From Bythopirellula sp. (GTDB lineage: Bacteria; Planctomycetota; Planctomycetia; Pirellulales; Lacipirellulaceae): 64,000 nucleotides of DNA. The translations under genes and the position numbers were made by a program. Of the stretch, positions 1 through 10,294 are shown piece after piece. Within the stretch, counting starts at the first letter, position 1, and each line of letters opens with the position of its first letter. Under the pieces are notes generated by a model. The model searched no databases. It was not told the origin of the DNA and saw nothing but the letters and a program-made list of their open reading frames with translations. The DNA lies in NCBI GenBank assembly GCA_965216565.1, contig OZ244170.1:4960001-5024000 (forward strand), given 5' to 3'.

Positions 1-204
1 GTTACCAACACTATCAATACAGTAATTCGAAGGTGGAAATTCACAGCTACTAAACGCTCCAGGCCGCACAACAGTCAGCCTTTTCATCAATTCCTTAAGT
101 ATGACAGTCCGTAGAGCCCCGCTGGGTCGGAAAAAATGGCACTCTTACTAAGCGTAGGTCGCAAAAAAGCATCATCGCGGATCTTGCCCCCAGATTTGGT
201 GAAC

Positions 205-2187
205 ATGCCATTCTCCCAACTCCTATTACGATCTCTTGCGATCGTGCTGATGTTCTCCACCCAATCGGTGGTCGCTGAGGGGGCAAACGCTGCGCTAACT
301 GAGCGGGTTGCGCAGGCACAAACCGTCCTGGTTGGAGCCGAGCATCGTTTTGCCGAACCTGCCGACGCGTGGTTCACCGAGACTCAAGCCGACTTGCGGG
401 AAGAAGTCGCGCGCGTGGAAGCTGCCTTTCTGGCGATGGATCCGCAAGAAGCAGAGGACTGGCGTCAGCATTTACATTGGCACTTGCTCACCGGCAAACT
501 AGATTCGCGACCCGTAAGCTACCAAGGCCAGGCGAGCTACAAAGAGTTAGCCCTCGTTCGTCGCTGGCTTTATTCAAACCGCCCCGGCCTAGAAGGACCG
601 ATTTTTGCCGATCTCAGGGTGAAGATGGACGCCCACCTCGACGCTGCGTTCACCTTTAGCCAGGATGAACTGCAGAATCAGTATCTCGCCAAGCTTGAGC
701 TGGCCCGAGAGCAACTTCGGGCAATTGCGAACGATCCGTCCGACAAAAATGCGGTCGCCTTGGGGCGTACATTGGATTGGTTTGCTAAGACCGGCCAACT
801 AGCGGGCGAAGTGGAAGAGATCCGAACACTACTTTCCCAACCCAACGCGCAGATCATAGTTTCAGAAGCATTTGCCGGACAAATATTACAGATTTTCGAT
901 ACCGAAGTGAGAGACTCGTTTCCGGTGAGGGACCTCAACAGGGCGCCGCCTAGCGGACTGCGTCAAAAACGTCGCACTCTTAAAGTCCGAGGCACGGCAA
1001 ATACTACGGGCACCACGACACTAGATGTGACGCCGAACGAGGAAGACGCGGAAATCAGCTTGGTTTTCACAGGCGACGTCTTTGCCCGCTGCAAAGCAGA
1101 TGCAGGCCCCGCTGTGATCCACGTGATTACCTCGGGACCGGTCACCGCCCTAAAACCTGTGCTGTTTAGCACGACGGGATGGGCTCTGGGAGAAACTGAA
1201 GTCGACGCGCCGGTGAATACTCGTCTCACCAACATCACAGCCGAGCGCCGCATCATCCGAGGACTGGCTCGCCGGCAGGCAGAAAAGCCCGAGTCGATGG
1301 CCCATATGCGTTCCACGGCAAAAGCACATACATCCAAGATGATCGTCGAGAACATGGACAAACGGGTCGACGAAGCTGTGGCCGAGATCCGGGCGGAGTT
1401 CCAAAGAATGCGCGGCTCGATGGAAGGATTTTCCGAGGTCGTCGCCCCTCTTCGCCGTGAGGGTGCCACGCCCGAGTTAGTGGGCCTAAGGAGCACGGAC
1501 GATGCCTTGGTGGTGAATGCTGCGAGTATCCGACGCAGCCAGTTTGGCGCGTTACTCCCTTACGAAAATGACACGGTCGGCGGAGATATCCAGTTCCGGG
1601 TGCACTTGTCCTTTCTGAATAATTCGCTGGAAACGATTTTGGGCGGCAAAACGCTCTCGGACGAATTTCTCATGCGGTACGCCAAGATCCTGCAGGCACA
1701 ACTGCCGATCCCGTTGATGGTGCATTCACGCTCGACCCGTTGGGCGATCACTACCGAAAAGCACCGTCCTCTGGAGCTAGAAATTCCCGAACCCAATCGT
1801 CTGCAATTCACAATGCGCATCACTGCGGTCGATATCAACGGCGAGAGGCTCGACACGCCCGCTACGGCAACCATGAAATACGAAGTCGTGAAGAACGATT
1901 TCGACGAGTACGAACTTATTCGCGACGGATCGGTGGAACTTGAAACGGTGCTTCCCAGCGATGCCAGAGATTTTCTGCTGGAAAAGCTCGATGCGTTCTT
2001 CGCCCCTCGACTCGATGCCGGGGGCGTGGCGGTGCCCGATGGTGGCGTGATGGGGGCGCTCAATGGTATTGAGCTGGCCGGGCTGAGCATCGCGGAAGAT
2101 TGGTTTGTGTTGGGAATGAACATTCCGCAGGACGTCTTCGATTCGGTCCGAGCTTTTCAAGAGCAGGCCGCAACTGACCAAAACTAG
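205..2187 (+). CDS. Secreted hypothetical protein, paralogue of 36187..38148
   Basis: ORF 136..2187. The ATG at 205 gives a signal-peptide-like N-terminus (LLLRSLAIVLMFSTQSVVA). Shares motif blocks with the 36187 protein (W..L.W.L, SN.PGLE...F, PVRD, VRG.A..G, D.....H.S..NN, LIRDG). Confidence 0.75.
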   Translation: MPFSQLLLRSLAIVLMFSTQSVVAEGANAALTERVAQAQTVLVGAEHRFAEPADAWFTETQADLREEVARVEAAFLAMDPQEAEDWRQHLHWHLLTGKLDSRPVSYQGQASYKELALVRRWLYSNRPGLEGPIFADLRVKMDAHLDAAFTFSQDELQNQYLAKLELAREQLRAIANDPSDKNAVALGRTLDWFAKTGQLAGEVEEIRTLLSQPNAQIIVSEAFAGQILQIFDTEVRDSFPVRDLNRAPPSGLRQKRRTLKVRGTANTTGTTTLDVTPNEEDAEISLVFTGDVFARCKADAGPAVIHVITSGPVTALKPVLFSTTGWALGETEVDAPVNTRLTNITAERRIIRGLARRQAEKPESMAHMRSTAKAHTSKMIVENMDKRVDEAVAEIRAEFQRMRGSMEGFSEVVAPLRREGATPELVGLRSTDDALVVNAASIRRSQFGALLPYENDTVGGDIQFRVHLSFLNNSLETILGGKTLSDEFLMRYAKILQAQLPIPLMVHSRSTRWAITTEKHRPLELEIPEPNRLQFTMRITAVDINGERLDTPATATMKYEVVKNDFDEYELIRDGSVELETVLPSDARDFLLEKLDAFFAPRLDAGGVAVPDGGVMGALNGIELAGLSIAEDWFVLGMNIPQDVFDSVRAFQEQAATDQN

Positions 2188-2305
2188 AGGCTCTCTGCGG
2201 TCTACCCCAGCCACCCAATTGCATCTAGATTCTGAGTTTGCTAGTCCGGCGGTGCACCACCGTAGGCATCGCAAACGGCGCAGTTATTGAGATTGATAGA
2301 ACGCT

Positions 2306-2330
2306 ACCCGCGGCTAGCGCCGTCGGCTCA
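2306..2330. repeat. REP-like element family B (ACCCGCGGCTAGCGCCGTCGGCTCA)
   Basis: Lies between convergent genes; an identical 25-mer is at 45161-45185. Confidence 0.75.
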
Positions 2331-2331
2331 C

Positions 2332-3147
2332 TTACGTAGTGCAAATACTGCGGTGGGCGACGATTTCTCCGCCCAGTGCGATCGCCACTGTGCTTACCGA
2401 GAGCAGGGTGATGACGTCGGCCCAAGCGAATTCACCGGTTTGGATTGTGATCGCCGGGCGATAGTATTCCATCACACTCAACCAAGCAACGGCGTCGGCA
2501 GGTTCCCAGAATTGGGCCAGGAAATTCAGCAGAAATGAAACCAATACTAAGCCGATCGTGACGCCCACGGCGCGGCCGCGACGATCGCTGTTGGCGGAAA
2601 CGAAAAACGTGAACGCACCCACCGCCAGATACACGCAGTACTGATTCACAAGGACGTAGGCAGCTTCCCAGGGTTGCGGTCGCATCTCCGCCGGCATCCA
2701 CGGAGCCGCCAAACGATGCCCCGCATAACCCATCGACAAGACAAACAAACCGGCGATCAGCCACGCCAAGACCTCGGTGTAGTACGCCTTCCGCCGCGAG
2801 ACGGGGAGGCCCAGCAAGACATCGATCGTACCGCGATCAATTTCCCCAGCCGGGAAACGTGTGCAAAACACAATGGCATGCGTCCACAGTAGGGTGAGGA
2901 TGGTGGGATGTACCCACAACAATGCCTGCATCGCCTTGGCGTTGATTTCCTCGCCAAATTCGGAGCCCAAGATGGCACTCATGATCTGTTTGGAAAATGG
3001 CAACTGCTCGAACATTTCATCCATGCCATCTTGGAACTTGGGCACGACGTAGGTCAGCAGGGCATCGACGCCCAGCAGGGCCAAGCCGAGGATCAGGGTC
3101 ATCACCCACACTTCGTGCCAGATTTTTAATAGCAGGCCGCGGATCAT
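2332..3147 (-). CDS. ABC transporter permease subunit (ABC-2 type exporter)
   Basis: About six hydrophobic segments and an AGEIDRGTIDVLLGLPVSR motif typical of ABC-2 permeases. Overlaps the ATPase stop by 4 bp. Confidence 0.85.
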   Translation of the reverse strand: MIRGLLLKIWHEVWVMTLILGLALLGVDALLTYVVPKFQDGMDEMFEQLPFSKQIMSAILGSEFGEEINAKAMQALLWVHPTILTLLWTHAIVFCTRFPAGEIDRGTIDVLLGLPVSRRKAYYTEVLAWLIAGLFVLSMGYAGHRLAAPWMPAEMRPQPWEAAYVLVNQYCVYLAVGAFTFFVSANSDRRGRAVGVTIGLVLVSFLLNFLAQFWEPADAVAWLSVMEYYRPAITIQTGEFAWADVITLLSVSTVAIALGGEIVAHRSICTT

Positions 3148-4055
3148 TTGCTATTGCCGGTCGCCTTAGTTTCGGTTGTGAGGTAGTACTGGTGAAAAAC
3201 ACTCTCCAGGTCGGGCGGACCGATGCTGATGTCCGCCAGTGGCTCGTCGGCTGCCCAGCGGACCAACTCGGGGGTTGTTCCATGCAGTTCACATACGCTG
3301 AGGCTTTTCGTACTTCGTACCTCCTGGAGAAATACCGGCAGCTGCGAGGCTTGCCGAGTTGATTCGTTGTGGAACACCAGCTCGACGATTCGTGGGGCCC
3401 GATTGCGAAGCGATTCAAGCGGTTCGTCGGCAACTATCGAACCTTTGCGGACGATTGCCACACGATCGCACAGATTCTCGACCTCACTGAGGGTGTGGCT
3501 GGAGAAGAATACCGTGTGGCCTTGGGATGCCATTTCCCGCAGTTGATTGGCTAGTTCAATTTGCACTAATGGATCGAGACCCGAAGTCGGCTCGTCAAGC
3601 ACAACTAATTTTGGCTGATGGGCTAGTGCCAACACGAGGCCCACTTTTTGCCGATTGCCTCGCGACATCCTGCGCACGGGCACATCCATCTCCAGCTCGA
3701 ACCGCTCGGCCATTGCTTCGCCGTGCGCCATAATATCTGTGCCGCGAATCAGTCCGAAAGTGCGCAGGGCACGCCGGGCTGTTAGCCACGGATAGAGCCG
3801 GAGATCGCCGGGAAGATAGCCAACATCCTGTTTGACGTGGGCACTCGCGTTCCAACAATCTCTGCCAAAGATATCTGCCTGGCCTGCGTCGGGCTTCAAG
3901 AACCCGAGCAGCAGCCGAATAGTTGTCGATTTGCCCGCCCCGTTGGGACCCAGGAAACCGAAGATCTCGCCCTCTTCAATCCGAAGATTGACATTCTCAA
4001 TTCCCACTCTTGCACCGTAGGAGCGTGACAATTGTTCTGTATGAATTACACTCAT
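3144..4055 (-). CDS. ABC transporter ATP-binding protein
   Basis: Walker A GPNGAGKS, signature MSRGN, Walker B LVVLDE, H-loop SSH. Start placed at MSVIH (ORF extends to 4103). Confidence 0.93.
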   Translation of the reverse strand: MSVIHTEQLSRSYGARVGIENVNLRIEEGEIFGFLGPNGAGKSTTIRLLLGFLKPDAGQADIFGRDCWNASAHVKQDVGYLPGDLRLYPWLTARRALRTFGLIRGTDIMAHGEAMAERFELEMDVPVRRMSRGNRQKVGLVLALAHQPKLVVLDEPTSGLDPLVQIELANQLREMASQGHTVFFSSHTLSEVENLCDRVAIVRKGSIVADEPLESLRNRAPRIVELVFHNESTRQASQLPVFLQEVRSTKSLSVCELHGTTPELVRWAADEPLADISIGPPDLESVFHQYYLTTETKATGNSK

Positions 4056-4223
4056 CGTCGACGCCAAAAGGAGCGGGATGGAATGAAGCTCTGGTCTTTG
4101 CAAACAAACCGACGCCGAATTAACTGATTAACTTCAGAGCAGGGTAGGTGCGGTTCGAAGCCTACCTAGCGTTCATTCGTTCAATGCGTCTGATTCGTGG
4201 TCCCCAATGCGCACCGGTCGAAT

Positions 4224-5315
4224 TTAAACATTGAACAAAAAGTGGCAGACATCGCTGTCCTGCATCACGTAGCCCTTGCCTTCGACGCGAATCTTGCCTG
4301 CTTCGCGAAGGGACTTTTCGCTGCCAAACTCGTCGAGGTCGTCCACCGAGTAGGTTTCGCAACGGATAAAGCCGCGCTGAAAATCGGTATGAATTGCTCC
4401 GGCTGCCTCCGGGGCGGTCGCTCCCACAGGAATGGTCCAGGCACGGATCTCTTTTTCGCCGGCGGTAAAGAAACTTTGTAAACCCAGCAATTCATAGGCC
4501 GCCCGCGCCAAAGCAGCCAAGGCGGGCTCCTTAAGATCCAGGCTCTCGAGCATCTCTTTGCGCTCTGCTTCGTCTAGCTCGACGAGCTCCGATTCCAAGC
4601 GGGCACAAACCGGCACCACGGCGCCGTTCTCTGCGGCAGCTTTCTCTCGCAATGCTTGCACATGGGGACCCTGGCCAAGCAAGTCGTCTTCGTCGACGTT
4701 GGCCACGTACAGCACGCGTTTGGCAGTGATGAGTTGCAGCTCTGCCAATGTCTTTGCCGAGCCCGCATCTTCGTAGTTCAACCCGCGCACCGGCAAACCC
4801 TCGGAAAGCCGCTTGTGGCAAGCCTCCAAAATGGTGAGACGATGTTTTGCTTCCTTGTCGCCTGCCCGTGCGGTGCGTTGAGCCTTGTCGGTCATCGATT
4901 CCACCGACTGCAAGTCCGCAAGCATCAACTCGGTATCGATCGTTTCCACATCTCGGATAGGATCAACCGCGCCATCCACGTGGGTGACATCGGCGTCTTC
5001 GAAACAACGGACGACGTGCAAAATGGCATCGACCGTGCGAATGTGGGAAAGAAACTGATTTCCCAAACCTTCGCCTTCAGAAGCGCCGCGGACGATACCG
5101 GCGATATCGACGAGCTTGAGTACCGCCGGGATGACCTTTTCGGTGGTGATGTGATTTTCGATGCGTTGCAAGCGGACGTCGGGTACGGGCACCGCGCCGA
5201 CGTTGGGCTCGATGGTGCAAAATGGGTAGTTTTCGCTAGCGATTCCTGCACAGGTCAGCGCGTTGAATAGAGTCGACTTGCCGACATTGGGCAGACCGAC
5301 GATTCCTGCTTCCAT
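4224..5315 (-). CDS. ychF: Redox-regulated Obg-family ATPase YchF
   Basis: [29 protein letters not shown] and a C-terminal TGS region ([18 protein letters not shown]); 363 aa. Confidence 0.97.
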   Translation of the reverse strand: MEAGIVGLPNVGKSTLFNALTCAGIASENYPFCTIEPNVGAVPVPDVRLQRIENHITTEKVIPAVLKLVDIAGIVRGASEGEGLGNQFLSHIRTVDAILHVVRCFEDADVTHVDGAVDPIRDVETIDTELMLADLQSVESMTDKAQRTARAGDKEAKHRLTILEACHKRLSEGLPVRGLNYEDAGSAKTLAELQLITAKRVLYVANVDEDDLLGQGPHVQALREKAAAENGAVVPVCARLESELVELDEAERKEMLESLDLKEPALAALARAAYELLGLQSFFTAGEKEIRAWTIPVGATAPEAAGAIHTDFQRGFIRCETYSVDDLDEFGSEKSLREAGKIRVEGKGYVMQDSDVCHFLFNV

Positions 5316-5632
5316 GGTCTGGTGGGCTCCGAGTGAGAGATGGGGCGGGGGGATAGAGGGTAGGAAAACCGTTGATTTTAGCTCAATTGGGCGAGGGCCA
5401 ACAGGACCATCCTCGCGGCCTTATCACGGGGCCCGGCTGGGGAGAAGTCGGGGCTGGCGGAAATTCTGGCGAACTTCCCTGGGCCGGGGACGTCCAACAG
5501 TTTTGCCCAGGGAATGCCAGCAGTGGCTTGCTCTAAGATGGTCAAAATTCGGCGACCCTGTAATAATTAGGCAGCCCGAATCTGATTAGGGCGTGCTGCG
5601 ACATTTTCTTCCCAGAAAAACTAATCAATCGA

Positions 5633-7300
5633 ATGCCAAGACCTATGATGAATCGAACGTCTCTAATCGCCTGTGCCGTTGTCCTGGCCGCCGTGCTGCA
5701 CCAAACAAGTCGGGCGGATAGTCCCGGCCTGGAATTTCTGGACGACGCAATGCGGGCCAAGATCAATGCAACTGGCTTGCAGGATCTGAACCAAGTGATC
5801 GATCTCTTGCAGAAGTCCCTCGACAAGGGACTGGATGAGGAAGACTCTGCCTTCGCCGAGAGCATGATGTCCGATGCCTTGATGCAACGGGCCAGTTCGT
5901 TGGTGCGTGTGATCAATCGGAAGTCGCTCGATGACAAACGCGTGAAACAAATCTACCGGTTAGTAGTTTCCGATCTCAGGCGAGTTTTGGCGTTTTCCGA
6001 ACCTCCGGCCGATGCGCATTTTATGTTAGGCAAATTGATGGAGCTACCGGGAGGCGATCCCCATGAAGCACGACGCCACCTGACGGAATACTTAGGGGCC
6101 GATGACTTGAAGGATACCCAAAAAGCGGAAGCCTTTGTGCTTCGGGCCCGGGTGCAAACCGACGAGGCCAAGGCGCTCGCCGATTTCGATTCCGCACTCG
6201 CTCTTGAACCGGAGAATACTAAGTACCAACTAGTCCGAGCCGTTTACCTGCGTAGTCGCAAAAAGCTCGACGAGGCATTGGCAGATGTGGCAACCATATT
6301 GGAGAACAATCCCGCCGATGTGAATGCCCTGATCATGCAGGGAGAAGTCCTCCGTGAGTTGGGTAAGGATGAGGCCGCACTGGAGAGTTTCGAGAAGGCA
6401 GCGGAACTAGCGCCCAAATCACTGCTGGCGCATCAGCGTCTGGGAGAAATCTATCGCACTAGTGGCGAATACGACAAAGCAATTGAGCAATTCGACAAGA
6501 TCTTAGAGATCAAGCCGGGCGAGGTCCTGACGAAAGTTCACCGAGCCGAGATCTATCTGCGTAGCAACCGATTGGAAGAGGCGCTGGCAGACGTCGATTC
6601 AGTCCTCGAGAAACAGCCCTTGGTACTCGCCCATCGGATTCGTGCCGAGGTGTTGGCAAATATGGATCGACTCGACGAAGCGATTGAGGAGATCGAACGG
6701 GTCTCGCTTGCCATGCCGGGCAACAACGAGATAAAGCTTCAATTGGCTCTCTACTACCAGATCGACCGACAGAACGACAAAGCCATTGAGATCTATACAA
6801 AAATCTTAGAGCAAGATGGCGACAACATTACTGTACGCCGCACCCGAGGCGATGCGTACTTGACCAAAGGCGATCACGCCGAGGCAATTGCAGATTTTGA
6901 AAAAGCCCTCGAAGCATTGCCGGAGGACCCGTCGTTGCTGAACAACCTGGCCTGGGTGCTGGCGACTTCGCCGGACGACCAACTTCGCAATGGCAAGCGG
7001 GCCGTCGAACTGGCCACTAAGGCTTGCGAAGTGACCGACTATCAGCAGGCACACATCTTAAGCACTCTGGCCGCGGCCTTTGCCGAGTCGGGGGACTTTG
7101 ACACGGCGATCGAGTGGTCGGAGAAGGCCGTTGAAATGGGAGAGGACCAAGAGGCTCAGCTATCCAAGGAATTGGCCAGCTATCGAGGTGGCGAGCCTTG
7201 GCGCGAGCGTCAATCGCTGGAGGAATTAGAGGATTCCCAGCGAAACGACGCCACAACGCAATCGTCGGAAGCAGAAAAATTGCCAGCCGAAGTTGAATAG
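5633..7300 (+). CDS. Secreted tetratricopeptide repeat protein
   Basis: Signal peptide followed by many TPR-like 34-aa units (A.ADF..AL.L.P) and an NNLAWVLAT motif. Confidence 0.88.
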   Translation: MPRPMMNRTSLIACAVVLAAVLHQTSRADSPGLEFLDDAMRAKINATGLQDLNQVIDLLQKSLDKGLDEEDSAFAESMMSDALMQRASSLVRVINRKSLDDKRVKQIYRLVVSDLRRVLAFSEPPADAHFMLGKLMELPGGDPHEARRHLTEYLGADDLKDTQKAEAFVLRARVQTDEAKALADFDSALALEPENTKYQLVRAVYLRSRKKLDEALADVATILENNPADVNALIMQGEVLRELGKDEAALESFEKAAELAPKSLLAHQRLGEIYRTSGEYDKAIEQFDKILEIKPGEVLTKVHRAEIYLRSNRLEEALADVDSVLEKQPLVLAHRIRAEVLANMDRLDEAIEEIERVSLAMPGNNEIKLQLALYYQIDRQNDKAIEIYTKILEQDGDNITVRRTRGDAYLTKGDHAEAIADFEKALEALPEDPSLLNNLAWVLATSPDDQLRNGKRAVELATKACEVTDYQQAHILSTLAAAFAESGDFDTAIEWSEKAVEMGEDQEAQLSKELASYRGGEPWRERQSLEELEDSQRNDATTQSSEAEKLPAEVE

Positions 7301-7364
7301 CCAAGTTAAAAGAGCGAGAATTGACCCCCTGCATTCTCACTCCTCAAACTTGTGAACCAATCGC

Positions 7365-8972
7365 ATGACGCGACTCGCGCTGCACTGGCAAATTCTGTCG
7401 ACGATGCTTCTCGGCGCCCTGCTGGGGATCGTGCTCAACGCTTCCACTGGTAGCCTGCGGATGGATGGCGCTCGCCAGCACGGTCCGCTAGTGATCCAGC
7501 ACATCGGAATGTCGAATCCGATTAGCGTTGCCAAGGGACAATTCTGGGCCAGCGATAGTCCCGAAGTCATTCTGCTCCAGATCGACGAAGCGGTTGCCGA
7601 GGGCGGATACCAGTCCCGCCGGATCGCCGTCGGCGAGGCTGGGGTTGTCGAGAGATTCCTCGATAACGATTCCCAACAGAATCCGCTGTGGCCCGACGTG
7701 CCGGTACAGCTCGACCCGACCCGCGAGGTACCACTAGAGACATATCCGGCTCTGGAAGTCTTGGCCAAAAAGGATGCCGTGGCCTTTGGGCTGTTCGAAC
7801 AGTTTGGTAGATCGCGTGCTCGAGTCGTGGGGAATGTCGCCAAGGCCCTGGGCGATCTGTTTCTGCGGATGCTAAAAATGGTTTCGATTCCGTTGATCAT
7901 CACTTCGCTGATCTCCGGAATCACTGGCCTAGGGCGTGCCGAGCGGCTGGGCAAGATGTTCGGTCGGACGATTCTCTACTATCTCAGTACGAGTTTGTTT
8001 GCGATTTTCGTTGGCTTGGCAATGGTGAATCTTATTCGGCCTGGGGTTGGCAATGGCGGCATCGCGGAAGCGCCCATTGCCGAGGTTGAGCATGTTCAGG
8101 GACAAAGCCTGACGATGGTGTTGTTCAACCAACTGAAAACGATGATTCCCGACAACCCGTTCGAGGCCTTGGCCGAGGGCACGTTTCTCTCGATTATCGC
8201 GTTCAGTCTGATGTTTGGCGTCTGCACGATTTGGGTAGGAGGGAAGAGTGCGGAACGGATCAGCGACTTTTTCGATGCTGCCTTCCATGTGATGATGCGG
8301 CTGACGATGGTGATCATCGAGTTAGCTCCGATTGGTGTGTTCTTCCTGATGCTTTCGGCGACGGCAACCCAGGGAGCGGGGGTCTTCCAAACACTGGGCT
8401 GGTATATGTTGGCGGTCACCTGCGCTCTGCTGATACACGCCATGGTTGTCTTGCCCTGCATCTTGAAGTTTGTGGCCAAACGCGATCCTTGGACTTACGC
8501 CAAAGCGATGAGCCCGGCTTTGCTCACCGCTTTTAGCTCTGCGTCGAGCAATGGCACATTGCCGCTGACTTTGACATGCGTGGAGGAGCGAGCCGGAATC
8601 AGCAACCGCGTCGGTTCGTTTGTACTGCCGCTGGGTGCGACGATTAACATGGACGGCACGGCACTGTACGAAGTGGTAGCGGTGCTGTTCATTGCCCAGT
8701 TTAGTGGGATCGAACTCTCGATGGTGGATCAACTAGTGGTGGCTTTCACAGCGCTACTGGCAAGCATCGGCGCGGCCGGCATTCCGCATGCGGGTTTGGT
8801 AATGATGGTGATCATTCTGCAGGCGGTCGGGCTTCCCACAGAAAGCCAGGGACTCATTATCGCGGTGGACCGTGTGCTCGACATGCTGCGAACAGCCGTC
8901 AACGTGTGGAGCGATTCCTGCGGCTGTGCGGTGATCGGACGCTACGAAGCCGAAGGGGTGAAGAAGGGCTAA
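7365..8972 (+). CDS. Dicarboxylate/amino acid:cation symporter (DAACS, GltP/GltPh-like)
   Basis: AFSSASSNGTLP, GATINMDGTALY, SIGAAGIP and DRVLDMLRTAVNVWSD motifs. Confidence 0.93.
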   Translation: MTRLALHWQILSTMLLGALLGIVLNASTGSLRMDGARQHGPLVIQHIGMSNPISVAKGQFWASDSPEVILLQIDEAVAEGGYQSRRIAVGEAGVVERFLDNDSQQNPLWPDVPVQLDPTREVPLETYPALEVLAKKDAVAFGLFEQFGRSRARVVGNVAKALGDLFLRMLKMVSIPLIITSLISGITGLGRAERLGKMFGRTILYYLSTSLFAIFVGLAMVNLIRPGVGNGGIAEAPIAEVEHVQGQSLTMVLFNQLKTMIPDNPFEALAEGTFLSIIAFSLMFGVCTIWVGGKSAERISDFFDAAFHVMMRLTMVIIELAPIGVFFLMLSATATQGAGVFQTLGWYMLAVTCALLIHAMVVLPCILKFVAKRDPWTYAKAMSPALLTAFSSASSNGTLPLTLTCVEERAGISNRVGSFVLPLGATINMDGTALYEVVAVLFIAQFSGIELSMVDQLVVAFTALLASIGAAGIPHAGLVMMVIILQAVGLPTESQGLIIAVDRVLDMLRTAVNVWSDSCGCAVIGRYEAEGVKKG

Positions 8973-8994
8973 CTCGATGCGTCGGTTTACCCCC

Positions 8995-9061
8995 TAGCCG
9001 GAGGCACACTTGCCTCCGGCGGACCGCCCACCACGGCGGGTAGACAGTGGCGGTCCGGCTA
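8995..9061. repeat. Composite REP-like element family A (TAGCCGGAGGCACACTTGCCTCCGG + GGACCGCC...GGCGGTCCGGCTA)
   Basis: Two hairpins bounded by TAGCC/GGCTA. A near-identical inverted copy is at 27927-28000. Confidence 0.85.
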
Positions 9062-9149
9062 TGGAAAAAGTTGAACCTATAGCAGTCACAATGTCTGGCT
9101 GATTTGGCCGTGATGTAGAACGCGAAAAATTGTTCTCGACCTCGGCCCC

Positions 9150-9177
9150 TTGACCAACTGGCGTCGAAGGATAGACT
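9150..9177 (+). promoter_or_regulatory. Putative sigma70 promoter for tRNA-Leu
   Basis: TTGACC-N16-TAGACT about 43 nt upstream of the tRNA. Confidence 0.45.
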
Positions 9178-9219
9178 CGATGGACTATCGAGATCACTTC
9201 TCGATAGGCCAATATTGTT

Positions 9220-9304
9220 GGGCCCGTGGCGGAATTGGCAGACGCGCAAGGTTGAGGGCCTTGTGCCCGTTAAGGGCGTGCTGGTTCGACTCCAGTCGGG
9301 CCCA
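9220..9304 (+). tRNA. tRNA-Leu (anticodon GAG)
   Basis: Acceptor stem GGGCCCG/CGGGCCC, D-loop GGAATTGGCAGAC, anticodon arm CAAGG-TTGAGGG-CCTTG, long variable arm, GGTTCGACTCC, discriminator A. CCA is not encoded. Confidence 0.96.
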
Positions 9305-9353
9305 CTTGAGATTGAGTCGCGAAGTTTCCTCAGACTCAATCGAACATGATACT

Positions 9354-9392
9354 GAGGCTCGTCGTCGATAGGCTCGATGGCGAGCCTCTTTT
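9354..9392 (+). terminator. Rho-independent terminator after tRNA-Leu
   Basis: GAGGCTCGTCGTCGA-TAGGC-TCGATGGCGAGCCTC followed by TTTT. Confidence 0.7.
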
Positions 9393-9560
9393 CATTTCTG
9401 CAATTCGTCCTTTGCACTGCATTCTCCCTTGGATAGCTCAGGGGAGAGTCCTACAATTCCCAATGAAGAGACACGCCAGGTCATTGCTCTGGTGCATACC
9501 TCAATGTCTCTGAACAATAGAGTTTCTGATTAGCAAAGCGTTTTAACCTGGAGTTTTTCT

Positions 9561-10070
9561 GTGATGCTTAGCGAAGTGATGCAAAAAGCGATTAATGCTC
9601 AAATAAACCTGGAGCTGTTCTCTTCCTACAGCTACCTTTCGATGGCCTCCTGGTGCGAGCATCAGCAATTCGTCGGCTGTGCCCATTGGTTGCGGTTGCA
9701 GAGCGAAGAAGAACGTGAGCATGCCATGCGGCTGCACGACTTTTTGATTGCCCGCAATTGCCGAGTGATTCTCCAGCCGATCGCTCAACCGCAAAGCGAC
9801 TTTGAGTCGGTGGTGCATGTCTTCGAGAGATCCTTGGAGCAGGAGCAACAAGTTACCAGTCAGATCAACGATCTCTATGAATTGGCGTTCAAAGAGAAAG
9901 CCTTTGCCGCGCTCGTCGAACTGGAATGGTTTATCACCGAACAAGTCGAAGAGGAGAAGACCGCGCGCGAGGTGGTTCACAAGTTCCGCATGGTCGCCGA
10001 CGACCCGGCTTCCCTGTTGGATATGGATCGCGAGCTTAGCTCCCGCAAGTCAGAAGAGTCTGAGGGCTAA
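9561..10070 (+). CDS. ftnA: Ferritin (non-heme, FtnA type)
   Basis: QIN.E...SY.YL.M, EEREHAM and EQVEEE ferroxidase-centre motifs; 169 aa; GGAG RBS. Confidence 0.93.
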   Translation: MMLSEVMQKAINAQINLELFSSYSYLSMASWCEHQQFVGCAHWLRLQSEEEREHAMRLHDFLIARNCRVILQPIAQPQSDFESVVHVFERSLEQEQQVTSQINDLYELAFKEKAFAALVELEWFITEQVEEEKTAREVVHKFRMVADDPASLLDMDRELSSRKSEESEG

Positions 10071-10294
10071 ACCCAATAGCCTTTAGCGAGTTCCAGGGCT
10101 GGGTAGGTTGCCGCAGCAATGCGGCCCTTCACAGCTCCGAATCCGCCATACTCGCGAATCTCCAGATAGAGAAACAAGCAGGCCATCATCAGCGAGATGA
10201 GCGCGATGATCAGCATCACCGTGTAGACGGTCATCTGCGGCTGCTTCTTGAGGACGGTGGGAGCACTAACCGATTCTAAGTTTGGTTGCGACAT
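10067..10294 (-). CDS. Small single-TM membrane protein
   Basis: MSQPNL start overlaps the upstream gene. One hydrophobic helix (VYTVMLIIALISLMMACLFLYLE). Confidence 0.65.
   Translation of the reverse strand: MSQPNLESVSAPTVLKKQPQMTVYTVMLIIALISLMMACLFLYLEIREYGGFGAVKGRIAAATYPALELAKGYWV

Noticed and set aside
9220..9304. tRNA-Leu and tRNA-Gly as integration sites of genomic islands
   Set aside because: No integrase lies nearby, I found no duplicated tRNA 3' end, and the flanks are housekeeping genes.
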